DNA from: Adineta vaga
Taxonomy: Eukaryota > Animalia > Rotifera
Length of the DNA stretch: 64,000 bases
Direction of reading: 5' to 3'
Assembly (NCBI GenBank): GCA_021613535.1
Contig: CP075496.1
Location: 14,446,001 to 14,510,000, forward strand
The notes under the pieces are model-generated. The model saw only the letters and a program-made list of their open reading frames with translations. It was not told the origin of the DNA and searched no databases. Shown piece after piece: positions 25,539 through 38,562 of this stretch (positions are counted from its first letter, which is position 1; each line of letters starts with the position of its first letter). The translations under genes and the position numbers were made by a program.

Positions 25539-26906
25539 ATGTTGCTTGGCGAAATCTTCGGATTTATTGAATATGAAAATGAGAAAGGAGAAAAAATAAG
25601 TATTGAAAAACAAGAAGAAGCTTTATTAAGAATTTATCAATTAGCTGGTTATTTTAATTTAACAAAAGTATGGAATGATTTAAATTCAATTGAAAATATT
25701 TCAAATCTTAATTATGTTTTTGAAAATTTATCAATTATTATTAAAGATTCTAAAGCCAATCAATCAAATCCATTGGATTTTAATGCTACATATATGTGTG
25801 AACATTTTTTTCAAAATAATTTTATGGATTTTGATGATTTTATTGATTATATTTTATATTTAAGTCAACATGCTTTTGGAAGATCAATTGGACAAGAAAG
25901 ATATGAAATTAATTCTTGTAATTGGATTCAAAATTATCAAGATTATTATATTGAACAAGCACGTTTATTACGTCTTATTGATAGACAAATTCCTTTATTA
26001 AATCAATATGATCAATGTTGGATTGCTGGTGCTTCAAGATTTACTCTATCATTAAGAATTCTTGATTTTAAATATCATATTCAATCAAAACTTATTCAAA
26101 TTAATCATGATATTTTTATTTTAGCTGGAGAAAGAGAATTATGGGCTAATATTGATGGAATATCAGCAAAAATAAAAGAGAAATTAATAGAAATTTCCGA
26201 AAATAATTTCGATTTAAATAATATTGATTTTTCATCATTAAATGAAAATAATTTGGAAATAATTGAAGAAGGAAAAGAATATTTATTAAATTTAGCAAAT
26301 AGATTTAATATAAAATTAAATTTCTTAAAACCATTTATTGAATATAAAACTAAAGAAGAATGTTTATTAGGAAGATTTCCAAATCGAATTTATCCAAATT
26401 ATGAAAATGAAAATGAAATAAATAAATTAAATGAAACAATTCTTTCAAAAGATTTAATAAAAACTTATTTAAAAAGTCATTTTAATCAAATTAATATTAT
26501 CAATACATTAAAAGATCAAGAAAATCGACCAAATACATTAACAACTGTTCATGATGCAATTCAAAAATTAATTCAACAAATTTTATCTGGAAAATTTCAT
26601 GAACAAAAATCTTTTTCCATTTTACTTTGGTCAAATAATCCTTCAATTGAACGTCAAACTTTAATAACACAAAGAAAAGTAAATGAATTTTTAGATAAAT
26701 TTCATTTAAATGAAAAAAATTATGAAATAACAATTTATGGAATTGGATTTTCATCAAATAAACAAATTGAAATAATTCATTCCGAATTAGGTGCTTTAAT
26801 GACTGAAAAATATCGTATTTCTATGGAAAAAAGATTTCATTTAACAAAAAATAAACCAAAACGAAATATAAATTCGTTATTATTTCAAACGAGACAAAAA
26901 CAGTGA
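25539..26906 (+). CDS. Intronless 455 aa hypothetical protein resembling those of intracellular bacteria
   Basis: Motifs GQERYE, YDQCWIAGAS, ILAGERELW, LNET, RPNT, SNNPSIERQ, GIGF, SELGAL; family recalled, not searched. Confidence 0.7.
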   Translation: MLLGEIFGFIEYENEKGEKISIEKQEEALLRIYQLAGYFNLTKVWNDLNSIENISNLNYVFENLSIIIKDSKANQSNPLDFNATYMCEHFFQNNFMDFDDFIDYILYLSQHAFGRSIGQERYEINSCNWIQNYQDYYIEQARLLRLIDRQIPLLNQYDQCWIAGASRFTLSLRILDFKYHIQSKLIQINHDIFILAGERELWANIDGISAKIKEKLIEISENNFDLNNIDFSSLNENNLEIIEEGKEYLLNLANRFNIKLNFLKPFIEYKTKEECLLGRFPNRIYPNYENENEINKLNETILSKDLIKTYLKSHFNQINIINTLKDQENRPNTLTTVHDAIQKLIQQILSGKFHEQKSFSILLWSNNPSIERQTLITQRKVNEFLDKFHLNEKNYEITIYGIGFSSNKQIEIIHSELGALMTEKYRISMEKRFHLTKNKPKRNINSLLFQTRQKQ

Positions 26907-27221
26907 ACTTGCTCTTGGTCTCTTCAATTCGAATAACATTACTCTTTTTTTGTTTCGTTTTCTTTTGGTGAATTTGTTTATTTAAACAAATGAAGTTTTC
27001 GTTCGATTGCTTTTTCTTCCTTTTCACTTGAAAGTTCGGTGAAAGGTTATTTTAATGATGAAAAAAAAGGAATTATTCAGCTTTTCATGACTTTTTTTTC
27101 GAAAGAAAATAAAATCACATCCTTTTTTTTAGTTGCATAAATATATCTGAGTTTTTGCTTTTATTCAAACAAAATATCGACATAACGACAAGGAAGAACA
27201 AAAGCTTTTTTTCTAATCATC

Positions 27222-29828
27222 ATGAATATATTCGATTCAATATCGAATTTCACCATTGTATTTCTGATTTTTCTTCTAATGTAAGAATTTTATATTCATT
27301 ATCTCTTTTTCAATCGAATTTCTTTTTAAAATAGAAATATTTCAAAACAACAACAACAGCCACCAACAAGTATTTCATTGAACATTCTTTTTTTTTATTA
27401 GAAATTTTTTTCTTTTTCTTTTCATAAAGTAAATTCAACAATAATTTCAACATGTAATTATACAGCATGTAGTTCTCAACGAACTCCATGTTCTTCTAAT
27501 ATTGATTGTGAATGTTTTTCATTAACAACAAAACCAAATTCAGGAATTTGTGCTTCAGTTGGTTTTACTTGTTCAAGTTTTGTACGATGTAACAGTGATA
27601 ATAAAACATGTCCTATTGAAAGTACAATTTGTGTCAATAGTACAAGATGTGGACAACCTATTTGTTATCCGTTAGCTTTAGCTAATAAATTAGTTTGTCC
27701 TCCTAACATCAAAGGTAAGTTATAAAAAATTTTATTTTTTTAAATAGAAACAACAATTTCAATTAACAAATTTAATAATTTCTATTTTTTTTTTCTTAAT
27801 AGCAACAACAACAACTACAAAGATAACTACAACTATGAAAACAACGACAACAACTCGCGCACCTCTTACAACTATACTAACAACAACAGCAGGTAAAACG
27901 GATAATCTTAAATTCTCATTCATTCGTATTCTCTTTCTCGTTTTAGTTCGTATAAACACAACGACAACATTCAACTTACCATCATCGTCATCAACACCAA
28001 TAAGAACAACAACCACTACTATCAACTCATCATCACCATTACCACCACTATCATCAACAACAACAACCACTGCTATCAACTCATCATCACCATTACCACC
28101 ACTATCCTCAACAACAACCACTGCTATCAACTCATCATCACCATTACCACCACTTTCATCAACAACAACCAGTACTACTAACTCATCATCGCCATTACCA
28201 CCACTAACTTCAACCACAACCACAACCACAACCACAACCACAACCACAACCACAACCACAACCACATCGACAACAACTACAAGTGAGTAAAGTGACAAAT
28301 TTTTCATATGTGTTTCTTTTCGGATCAATTGAAAAAGTATGAAAAGAAAGATGATTCTATTATATCTTTATGAGTTATTGTACGAGAGATCTCAAACTTT
28401 TACGATTGTCTTTCGATAGATTGCGGTAAATAATCTTTGAAGAAATAATTCGAGCAAATTTCGTAGAAGAGAATCTTAAAACAATAAAAGAATAGAATCA
28501 GATACTTTGACCTATGGACGTATTCAATTGACAATAAACAAATGATGAATTTGAAAATAGTTTTGAAAAATTTTCTTTTCAGAATCTGATCATTCTCCTC
28601 TAGAGAACATCTGATGAGGCTAAAAATGAGATTTTATCTCTAAAATAATGTGCTTGAGATGATTATATGAATGTATCTATCTCACACGAAACTGAAAGTT
28701 TAATTGATCCGTTCTCTATAACACTCGATAGTGCCTTTCGCGCAATGACTTGTATTGATCTATTTCTAATAAAACTATATATGTTTAGCATCATGTCAAA
28801 ATGCCTTCTCACCTATGACGACATATGAAGTTGGTGGTAGTCCTCAATCAATTACTACTGGTGATTTTAATGGTGATAATCGAATGGATCTTGTCGTTAC
28901 CGATATTGAAAATAATGTAATTCATGTACTTCTTGCCGATAATGAGGGAAGATTTTCATCATTATCATCATATGCAACAGGAAGGTTTCCTCAAGGAGTT
29001 GCAGTTAGTGATCTTAATAATGACAATCGATTAGATATTGCTGTTCTTAATAATAATGATAATACTATGAGTTTATATTTTGGTTATGGAAATGGAACAT
29101 TTTCTTCTCAAATGGTATTACCTACTGGTGCGACTCCATGGAATCTTCTTATTGATGATTTAAATCATGACAATTTTTCTGATATTATTATTACTAATTC
29201 AGGAAGTCGAAATGTTGGTGTTTATCTTGGAAATCGAAATGGAAATTTTTCAGATATGAGAACATTTTCTACTGGTTTTTTTCCAATTGGAATTACTCTT
29301 GGAGATTTTAATAACGATGGAAACAAAGATATTATTGTTACAAATGCCGGTGAAACGAGTGTAAGTATTCTGATTGGACATGGAGATGGAGGTTTTTCAA
29401 ATCAAACCAAATTTTCAACGGGTGCATTTTCTTGGTCAATTACTGTTGCCGATTTTAATAAAGATAATCGATTAGATTTTGCACTTTCATATCGAGATAA
29501 TAATACAATGAAAGTTTTTCTTGGTAATGATAGTGGATCTTTTATAATGCAAGGGACATATCAGACTGGTGTTTATCCATGGAAAATTATTGCTAATGAT
29601 TTTAATAATGATAATCAAACTGATATTGCTCTTGTTAATACGGGAAGTGATGAAATTAGTCTTTTTATTGGTATTGGAAATGGAAATTTCATGCCACAAA
29701 TCCGTTTTCCGACTGGAGCATTTCCATTTGGAATGGTTACGAATGATTTTAATGATGATGGAAAAATTGATTTTATTGTGGCAAATCAAGAAAACTCAAA
29801 TGTTGGAATTTTTTTAAATATTTGTTGA
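27222..29828 (+). CDS. Secreted protein: Cys-rich domain, mucin-like Thr/Ser/Pro region, FG-GAP/VCBS beta-propeller
   Basis: Hydrophobic N-terminus; Cys-rich exon ~27430-27714; Thr-rich exons; last exon ~28789-29828 with seven xDFNxDxxxD..N repeats. Confidence 0.85.
28005..28266 (+). repeat. Coding tandem repeat (TTTTAINSSSPLPPLSS x4) followed by (ACCACA)n
   Basis: Four 48-51 bp units and a poly-Thr hexamer run. Confidence 0.9.
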
Positions 29829-29935
29829 TCATAGTTTTATAGAATATTAATTTTCCTTTTTCATTTCTTATTTTGTTTTTAATACATTCACAGAACTTTT
29901 CCACTAGAAAAAAAATAGTTTGCGTATTTGTTTGT

Positions 29936-29996
29936 CTTGAGGGTGTGGGTGTGGGTGTGGGTGAGAATATATTATTTTATTCTCAATCACACCCTA
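29936..29996. repeat. Telomere-hexamer inverted mini-element
   Basis: CTTGAGGG(TGTGGG)3TGAGAAT - spacer - ATTCTCAATCACACCCTA. Confidence 0.75.
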
Positions 29997-30035
29997 GAAA
30001 ACATTATAGTCATTTGGGTAAATTGCATATAGTTT

Positions 30036-30250
30036 TCTAGCTATTTCCGATAACGAACTTGAATGGATCCTATCGGATACTCCGATTTTAGACAAAAAGA
30101 AATATGATCTAATGATTTGATATGAACTGTAAATTCCGACTGTTTCTTGACATCAGATCTGAGAGAATCTGGCAGAAAGTAGTCGGATTCTGAGATCGGA
30201 TCTGACCGGATCTTAATATATGAATTCAATCGGAACTTGTGGGATTCGAT
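30036..30250. repeat. TCGGA/TCCGA-rich repeat relic
   Basis: Relatively GC-rich island with reiterated TCGGAT/TCCGA motifs; no clear termini. Confidence 0.35.
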
Positions 30251-30602
30251 TTAGAGAAATGTCGAAAGTGCTCAAAACAAAAAGAATATTAGAAAAATCG
30301 AAGCTTTTCAATGTAGATATACTTTTTTTTATCGATTATTTGTATCCTTCTATTACATAGTTTGATTATTAGAGTATCATACTTAGTTATTATATAAAGA
30401 GAAAAATGAATAGATTCAATCGATTGAATTATTATATGTAACTAATCATATTATTTATTTTTTATATGATGAAAAAGAAAAGATTAATAATATGAAAAGG
30501 ATAAAAAATAATAGAGAGAGAGAGAAAAGAAATGAAAAGAAAAATATGTATTATCCTTCAAAGATTGATTTCCATTTTGAATGTCAAAGATAATGAATAG
30601 TA

Positions 30603-31435
30603 TTAAAGACCAGGACAACCCAAAACCGTACATGTATTAGAACAATAACAACCAGCATTATCAGAAATACGACGACAACCATAAGAATATTTAGAACCAC
30701 ATGCACCACTACCTTTACTACTACAATACGCATCATAACGATAACCAGGATTACTACAACCAGCACCAGGTGCAGGACATCCACTAGTAGTACATTGTGC
30801 AGAACAAGTACAATCTTTACCATCAGAAATACGAACACAACCATAAGCATTTTGATGACCACATGCATTACTACCAGAACTACTACAAACAGCATCATAA
30901 CGATAAAGAGGATTAGTACAACCAGGTCCTGGAGGAGGACAACCAGTAACATTACATTCATTTGAACAATAACAACCAGCATTATCAGAAATACGACGAC
31001 AACCATAAGAATATTTAGGACCACATGCACCATACCAGTGCTTGTACAATAAGCATCAAAACGATATGCTGGATTAGTACAACCTGCAGGAGGACAACCT
31101 TCTACATTACAAGTATTTGAACAATAACAACCTTTTCCAGTGGATTTAGGAACACATCCATAATAGTATGTTGGAGCACAAGCACCGGGATTAGTACCAC
31201 TACAATATGGATCATAACGATAAGAAGGATCAGTACAACCTGGAACAGGACAAATAGCTTCATCACGTCGATTAATTAATTGCTCAATTCGTTTATTGAT
31301 ATCATATCGATATTGTAGAAAAAGATCATTATCTTCCATTTCTCTTCCATAATACTTGGAGTTTCGTGCAATACAATGTGATATTAATAATATAAATCCA
31401 ACAATAAGATATAATATTTGAAGAATATTAACCAT
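30603..31435 (-). pseudogene. Secreted precursor with four 8-Cys repeats; 1 nt frameshift in repeat 2
   Basis: Signal peptide, propeptide ending KR..RR, units GC.[DN]P.YRYD..C....AC...YGC...C.CS..C...GCP; GGT A-T GGT GCA deletion near 31033. Confidence 0.8.
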
Positions 31436-31862
31436 TTTTGAAACTTAAAATTAGAAAATGAAAAATATATATTAACGATTGTTTTTATGATAATATTTCA
31501 CTAGTTTATATAACTATCCTTTATCAAAGAAAAAACAGATAAAGATAATCCATTTATTTTTCTTCTTCCAAATTAACGAACCGTAACAGTAATATTATTT
31601 ATTTCATTTTGTCGCAGGTACAAAAAATAATGAAGTACTTGAGAGAAAAAAAAGAAAAACAAGCTTACAGCTATCTTACCTCAATAGTATATCGACATGT
31701 AAATATACTTTAAGTACCTCTATTATGAATACATATCGAAAGTATTTTAAAAAATATAATCAAAAACAAGGTTCTAATCAATTTTTTCAATGTAAATCGT
31801 TAATGATTCATTAAATAAGATTAGTTTTTAGTTAAATTTTAATATAAAATATTTATTTAAAT

Positions 31863-31947
31863 CTTGAGGGTGAGGGTGGGTGTGGGTGTGGGTGTGGGTG
31901 TGGGTGTTATCTTTCTTTATCTACACCCTCACACCCACACCTTCAAC
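31863..31947. repeat. Telomere-hexamer inverted mini-element, longest copy
   Basis: CTTGAGGGTGAGGGTGGG(TGTGGG)4TGT - spacer - ACACCCTCACACCCACACCTTCAAC. Confidence 0.8.
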
Positions 31948-32449
31948 TTAGAATGAGATAATGATTGTCTTTAGAATTATTTCTATTTTTTAATAAGATT
32001 CTTTGAAAAATATTATTGTCAAATGCCATCTTGTTGTAGAAGACATGATGGATTTCGCTATTTAAGTGATTATGAAAAAGAAAAATTATTTCCATGTACA
32101 ATGTTACATGTTGAGATCAATCATCTAATAGAAAATAAAGAAAAAAATCAATGATTATTAATTATTAAACAATAATATTGCATTTATTGTATAAACTAAT
32201 TAAGTTTGGTATTTTTTTTCTATATTTTTTCGTTCGAAGTTTTATTTAAATAAATTTCTTTTCTTTTATGATCTATTACTTTATCAATAAGTATGAAAAA
32301 AAGATTTTTATTATTTCGCTGATAATTAAACTAGAATATTCGTTTCTTTTTGCCCGATGTTTTTTACAACCAATAATGGTTAAGTAGTCCATCATAAAAA
32401 TGTATTGATTTCTATTTGAAGTAAAACATCTTTTTTCCTCTCAATTGAA

Positions 32450-34252
32450 ATGAATATTTTCTTCAATAAACGTTTATCAAGTCTATTAAACCAAACAATT
32501 TGCAATTTCTCAATTAAATTTTGGCTTATCTTAATTTGTTTTATCATCATAATAATTCTTGCTTTCATTCCTCTTTATCTTCTTAATCGAAAAATTCAAA
32601 TCAATGATATACAACGTATGTTATTTTATATATATCCGCTTTTTTCCCCATTAATTTAATTTAATCTTAAAAAAATACGTAATTTCCTAGAAAAACCAAC
32701 AATTTATAAAAATACATTTTATATTCGATGGTTTAATTCATCTCCAGATGGTTATGAAAGGCCAATATTAAGTATAAATAATGAAATATTATGTCCAACA
32801 ATAATTGTAAATGAAGGTGATTTAATAAATATAACAATAATAAATGAATCAAATGAAGATATAACAATACATTGGCATGGTTTATATCAAATTAATACAT
32901 TTGATATGGATGGTGTTCCTGGTATAACACAATGTTCAATATTACCAAATAAAACATTTAATTATATTTATAAAACAAATAATCAAACAGGAACATATTG
33001 GTATCATTCACATAAATCAATTCAATATGGTGATGGTCTTAAAGGTATTTTAATAATTCAAGATAAAAATGATCCATTTAAAACTTTTTATAAAAATGAA
33101 GACATTTTTCAAATAACTGATTGGTATCATAAACCTGTTTATATTTTATTAAAAGAATATTTAAATTTACGAATATCAGAACCATTACCTGATACATTAC
33201 TTTTCAATGGTATTGGACAATTTAATTGTATTTTAAATAAAACATGTCAATTTTATCGTTCCTTTATTAAGAAAAATTTAACAAAAAGATATCGAATAAT
33301 AAATACATCAATTTATGCAAGAATAACATTAACTATTGATAAACATCAAATGAAATTAATTGAAATGGATGGAATTTATTTAAATGGAAATCAAATTGTT
33401 GAAACACTTCGTTTAAATCCAGGACAAAGATATTCATTTTTATTAAATGGAAATCAAAATTCTTCGGAAAACTATTGGATAAAAGCAATAATTCATCCAT
33501 TTATTAATTTCAATCATCAATATAATATTTCAAATAATTCTTTTGTTTTAGCAATTCTTCAATATGAAAATAATTCATTTTTACCATCAATTAATTCATT
33601 AAATAATAATCAATTTATTATTAATCAATCGATTATTAATGGAGAAATATTTAGTGATGAATTAAATTTAATTCCAATGAATTTAACAAAATATCAAATA
33701 CCAAAAAATGAAAATATTCAAACTTTTATTTTTAATTCTAAATTTCAAGATAATTCAGGTTTTATTTTTAATAATCAAACATTTATTCATCCAGAAAATT
33801 TTACATTATTATCATTAATTCTTCTTCAAGAAAATTCATCAAAAATCGCATGGCCTTCAACAATTCAAATTGAAAATAATCAAATTATTGATATTATTAT
33901 AAATAATATTGATTATTCATCACATCCATTTCATTTACATGGTCATCATGTTTGGATTTTAGCACAGGGAAAAACAAATGATGGATATTTAAATGAAACA
34001 ACATATAAAAATATAATTTATAATGAAATTAATCCTGTTTATCGTGATACATTTACAGTTAATCCATATTCATATATTATTTTTCGTTTTCAAACAAATA
34101 ATCCTGGAATTTGGATGTTACATTGTCATAATGATTGGCATCTACAAATTGGTATGGCTATGGTTTTTATTGAATCAATTCATTTAATTCAACAATCTTA
34201 TTATCAAAAGAATTTTACCTATCTTTTATCTCAACAATGTAAACTATACTAA
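32450..34252 (+). CDS. Multicopper oxidase (laccase-like) with N-terminal membrane anchor
   Basis: Intron 32616-32690; all four Cu motifs: HWHG, YWYHSH, HPFHLHGH, HCHNDWHLQIGM. Confidence 0.93.
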
Positions 34253-35423
34253 CATTTATTTCTCTCTGCTTTTTCTTAGAAAAAGTTATGAGATAAAATT
34301 TTTATCTTTATTAGTAAGTGACGTTCTTGAAATAAATAATGTCTCTTCAAGAAGAATGTATTAGAATTTTATATTGATTTATATAATCTAATCATGAGTA
34401 ATTCCTTCTTTTTTTACAGATAAGAAAAAGAATAACTTATCGGAGTTGTATATTATTGTAATTATCTTTTCAACGAGCATTTTGATACAATTCTATTTAT
34501 TGTCTATTTCGTTTCACTTCTTTTACCAATGATATCTCTCAGAACATTGCCTAAGTTTGTCCTAAAATTGATTCATTTCGTTTGGAAATCAAAACGAAAT
34601 ACAGTTGAAATAATAACATGTATTCCTAGCAGAAGACAAATAATGATTAATATGACTTACTACGGGAGCTACCGTCCTCAACGGCATAAAAAATGTTGTC
34701 TTGCCTCGTTTGAAAACATTTGTTAAACATTTTGTTCGTCAAAAATGAGTGATATTTATAGATGCGTACTGACCGCGCTTATGCGCAAAAATGAGTAGAG
34801 ATACAATGTAGCAATTATACTTTGCTTTTCGTTCAATTAGTTTGTTTTTGGAATGTTGGCGAATATATAAGAAATAAAAATAAAATACTACGATAATAGA
34901 TGTAGTTCATTTGCTTTTATGCATTTTTTGGCAAAATATGTTGAATACGAAAATTGTGTTACTGCTCACACAAAGTAGAAAACAAAATATCTAAATCCAA
35001 AGGTCATTGTCAACTAAACTGAATATCATATTCTTACTAAAAGGATTTGTGTTTAAAATTCTTTAGTCATAATAAATTTATTATCAGAAAAAAGAGCAAT
35101 ATCTAACTGACGAGCACAAATATAAATATGTTTGTACAAGTACATATTTGGGCATACATAAGATCATAGAAGAAACAGGTAAATTCAAAAAGAAGAAAAG
35201 ATTCAACATGAAAAAGTTAAAGAATAAAAGAAAACAGTTGAGATAGACAAAGGAATGAAGACACTCTGACTATGACATAAAAATTCTCTCTCATTGAATT
35301 TTATTTGCCAGATTTTCATCCGACAATTTTCTCTGAGCGATTGTCCATTTGTTCCAATCATCGTGGTAGTGCACACATTCATACTATTGTTTAAATCTAT
35401 ACAATTAAATAAATTTGTTGAAT

Positions 35424-35716
35424 TACCCAGATCGAACGATGCGGTCCGTTTACGACCTTTACGGTATAAAAACGGATACTATACTGGCCGTAACACTGAC
35501 CGTATTATCGGGCGCAGTAATACGGTCCGTTCTGTATCCGTACATAGCCGAAAAGTAGCCGTTTCGGAGGAGAATACAGTGCGTTTACGATGCCGTAAAT
35601 CTGTGCCCGTGATTACGGAACAAAACGGTTGATTTTCGGCCGTAAAGTCACCGTTTTGTCACGGTTTACATTCCGAAAACACATTGTAAACGACCCCGTT
35701 TTCATTGACCTGGGTA
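35424..35716. mobile_element. MITE with TA-CCCAG termini
   Basis: TACCCAGATCGAAC..CGTTTAC / GTAAACG..TTGACCTGGGTA imperfect TIR; interior rich in ACGG/CCGT. Confidence 0.7.
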
Positions 35717-35813
35717 GAAGAGAAATGGACGATATTTTTGACGAATTCATATTCTATATTCGGTAATGTCATTTTGTAGAATGAAGCTAGATCAGAAAAG
35801 AAAAGAAAAATGA

Positions 35814-36220
35814 TCAAGGAATATTTTGTAACTTATCAAGAGCTAAAGCATCAGGTCGATCGAATTGCCCTTCAATAATATCCGGAATTGGTAATTTATC
35901 ATCTTCGTATGGAAGAATAGAATTGTGAATCATTTCAGATAATGTGTGATAGAGATTTATGAATGATTTCTATAGTAGAGGGAAATTACCTGTTCTCCTT
36001 GATATAATACCCATTTGAGGATACATTCAACGACCTTTTCCATAGAGTTTTTGTTGAAAGGTTTTACGATTTTACCCATATCTTCAAGAACTGCTGCAAT
36101 GACGCGCACAAAATGACCAGCACGATTAGCTGTATGTTGGAACTAAAATACAAATAATAAATAAACCATAAAGGGAAATTATCGTCTCTAAACGCTTACG
36201 AATTGATTATCGATTGCCAT
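35814..36220 (-). CDS. Small three-exon orphan gene (~96 aa), second acceptor non-canonical, possibly pseudogene
   Basis: MAIDNQF|FQHTANRAGHFVRVIAAVLEDMG..WVLYQGEQ|IHNSILPYEDDKLPIPDII..QNIP*; donors at 36199 and 35989. Confidence 0.5.
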
Positions 36221-37716
36221 TTTTTAATAGATTAAAATATAAATAATGTTTTCTTTCTCACTGTACCTTTAGGGTTTATTGAGCACGTATATTTTCCTCT
36301 TTGTTTCTATTCAACTGACTCTGTATAACAATGATTGTTGTACTGTCTTCCAACTCGCTTTAGTTCATTGATATCTTCTTTTATATCGATCAAGACAGAG
36401 AGATATATAATACGTTATTGACGAAAGAATTGACTGATGAATGAATGGATAAAGAATATAAGATACTATCATGGTGGATGGGTGCATAGGTACATAAGAA
36501 AAAGAAAAAGGACCACTCGCGAATGAAAAGAAGGTAGGATTTGATAAGAAAACAGAGAGAGAGAGGATGGACGAGGTCAGTATCTGCTTGAGGGTATGTA
36601 TGATTATTGTCACACTTTTGTATGATGAAAACGTATAATCTTACCATGCTTATTAAATGGTTTAGAGGAAATTCAGATAAAATATTGTAAAGTGGAGATA
36701 AGATAAAGATGTTGATGATATATAGAACAAAGATCGTGGTGGTACTTATCGAATGAAAACACACTATGATAAAAACTGAAATGAATGTGTGTATGAAGAG
36801 AATTATAATCACAAATCTATTTATATGCGTGCATGCCACTAAGAAAAAGAAAGATGACATCCTATGATACATGATAGATATATCGTTCACATCTTCCCCG
36901 CCCCATAATGGATCATGGCAAAAATTAAACCAGAGAAATAAATGTTTCGTCATTGTTAGATATTCGAATAATATTTTCTCTTATATATATATGTACTAAC
37001 GATTGCTATCATCCAATCGAAAAACATTCCCTCGATTCTAATAACTTATACTATATACGTCGAATATCAATCAATCAAATAAAACATTTCAGTTCATTCT
37101 AAAATTCAAACATTCAATGTTAATCTTTATTATTTATTGATTTATTTATGTATTACTTTAATAATTCAGTTGTATTTTCCCTGTCAATTTCAAGTTTATT
37201 TTTCAACCGACTTGATATTTTTCATATTTAACGAATGATTTTCTCTATTCCCTTCGCTGAAGGGAGAGTGATATGAAAAAAGTGAAGATACATTTGTATA
37301 TTTGTTTGTCACAGGTCAAAAATAATAGTATATAAGAATTAACGAATCAAATCTCGTGTTTGTAAAAATCGACCGACTATATGGTTCTATTTTGAACGTA
37401 TGGTATGGATTGCGCGAAAGGAGATACAGTTCGTTCGGTCGACATTTATAAAAAAATCATTTTAAATCAAAATGAACAATGATCCTTATAGAATGTTTAT
37501 TGTTTCAATGAAAATATAATTAATTGTGATCCATTTAATTGTTAACTTATTCTATTATCAATCTTTTTCACCTGTGTACTTCGTTTTCTCTCTGCATTGA
37601 CATGCCTGTTTAAACAGTATTATTAGTGCATTGCTCTACGTTTGTTAATCTGTCAATACGACTACTCACTCATACTTTGCATTGCTGAATATTTCTTTTT
37701 TTAGAATACAATCAAA

Positions 37717-37959
37717 TCAGAATAATTCGAAATGTATGATGGAATATTGCTGTGAGCCACCTTGAACGCCTTGATTTAACCAATTAGCTCTATATTGATT
37801 TTCATTTATTGGTATCGAAAATGCATGTCCATCACATCGATCAAGATCAATACTATCAATTAAAGTTACATCAAATTTACCTTTAAATTCAGCTAATTGA
37901 TCTGCACATGACATTCCAGCACAGCCAGCTTCAATGATAAGAGTACGTTTTTTTTTCAT
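37717..37959 (-). pseudogene. N-terminal relic of a fungal-type FAD-dependent oxidoreductase
   Basis: TLIIEAGCAGMSCA (GxGxxG with first G to E), KFDVTLID, AFSIPI, WLNQGVQGGS, then homology ends. Confidence 0.75.
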
Positions 37960-38562
37960 GAGAAATTCTATTCTATTCAATGATTGAAATGATATTTTCA
38001 AACACTATTTATAGAAGAAATCTTTATATATATTTTTAAGGGAGAAAAGAACAACGAAAAACGAGATTGAATCAGTGCATAGGCAGTCAAGGTTGAAAAA
38101 GAAGATCATGATAACTAATAAATGAGTGCATTACATCGTCGATATTAGATGTACAGATTAATTTATTATATAATACATATTTTTTTCAAAAAAAAAAGAA
38201 ATATTTGCTTATCTCATTGAACTTGTTCAAAGATAATAATATTCTTTTTATTCTATAAAAACTATTCGAAAGACCTATTTATTTCACATTTATCAATAAC
38301 ATAATGTTATTTTCGTTCCAGTTGAGTTATATCATGTTAATCCAATATAAAAAAAGCGAATTTTTCTTCTAAACATTATCTCATGGTCATCGTTGAAAAA
38401 TATTCGCGACGGGTAAATATATCTTGTTTACATCAGAAGGTTGAAGCGCACATTTTTTCTTTCGTTATCGAAATGAAAACATAACATAACATGTGATTCA
38501 TTTTTTTTTCTTCTTTTCTTTCTCTGCATTGATTGAATAGAAAATCCAAATATTATTTTTGA

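Noticed and set aside
28213-28266. (ACCACA)n resembling the telomere-like hexamer
   Set aside because: Encodes poly-Thr, is TGTGGT not TGTGGG, and has no inverted arm.
27759-28328. Val-rich minus-strand ORF
   Set aside because: Antisense shadow of the Thr-rich mucin exons.
30584-31032. Hydrophobic Val/Leu/Met tail of the 283 aa ORF
   Set aside because: Out-of-frame reading of the Cys repeats after the frameshift.
1-34252. Transferrin plus multicopper oxidase as an iron-uptake cluster
   Set aside because: 30 kb apart with unrelated genes between; the transferrin lacks iron ligands.
36365-36953. Overlapping hydrophobic ORFs
   Set aside because: Explained by strand purine bias; no motifs or splice structure.
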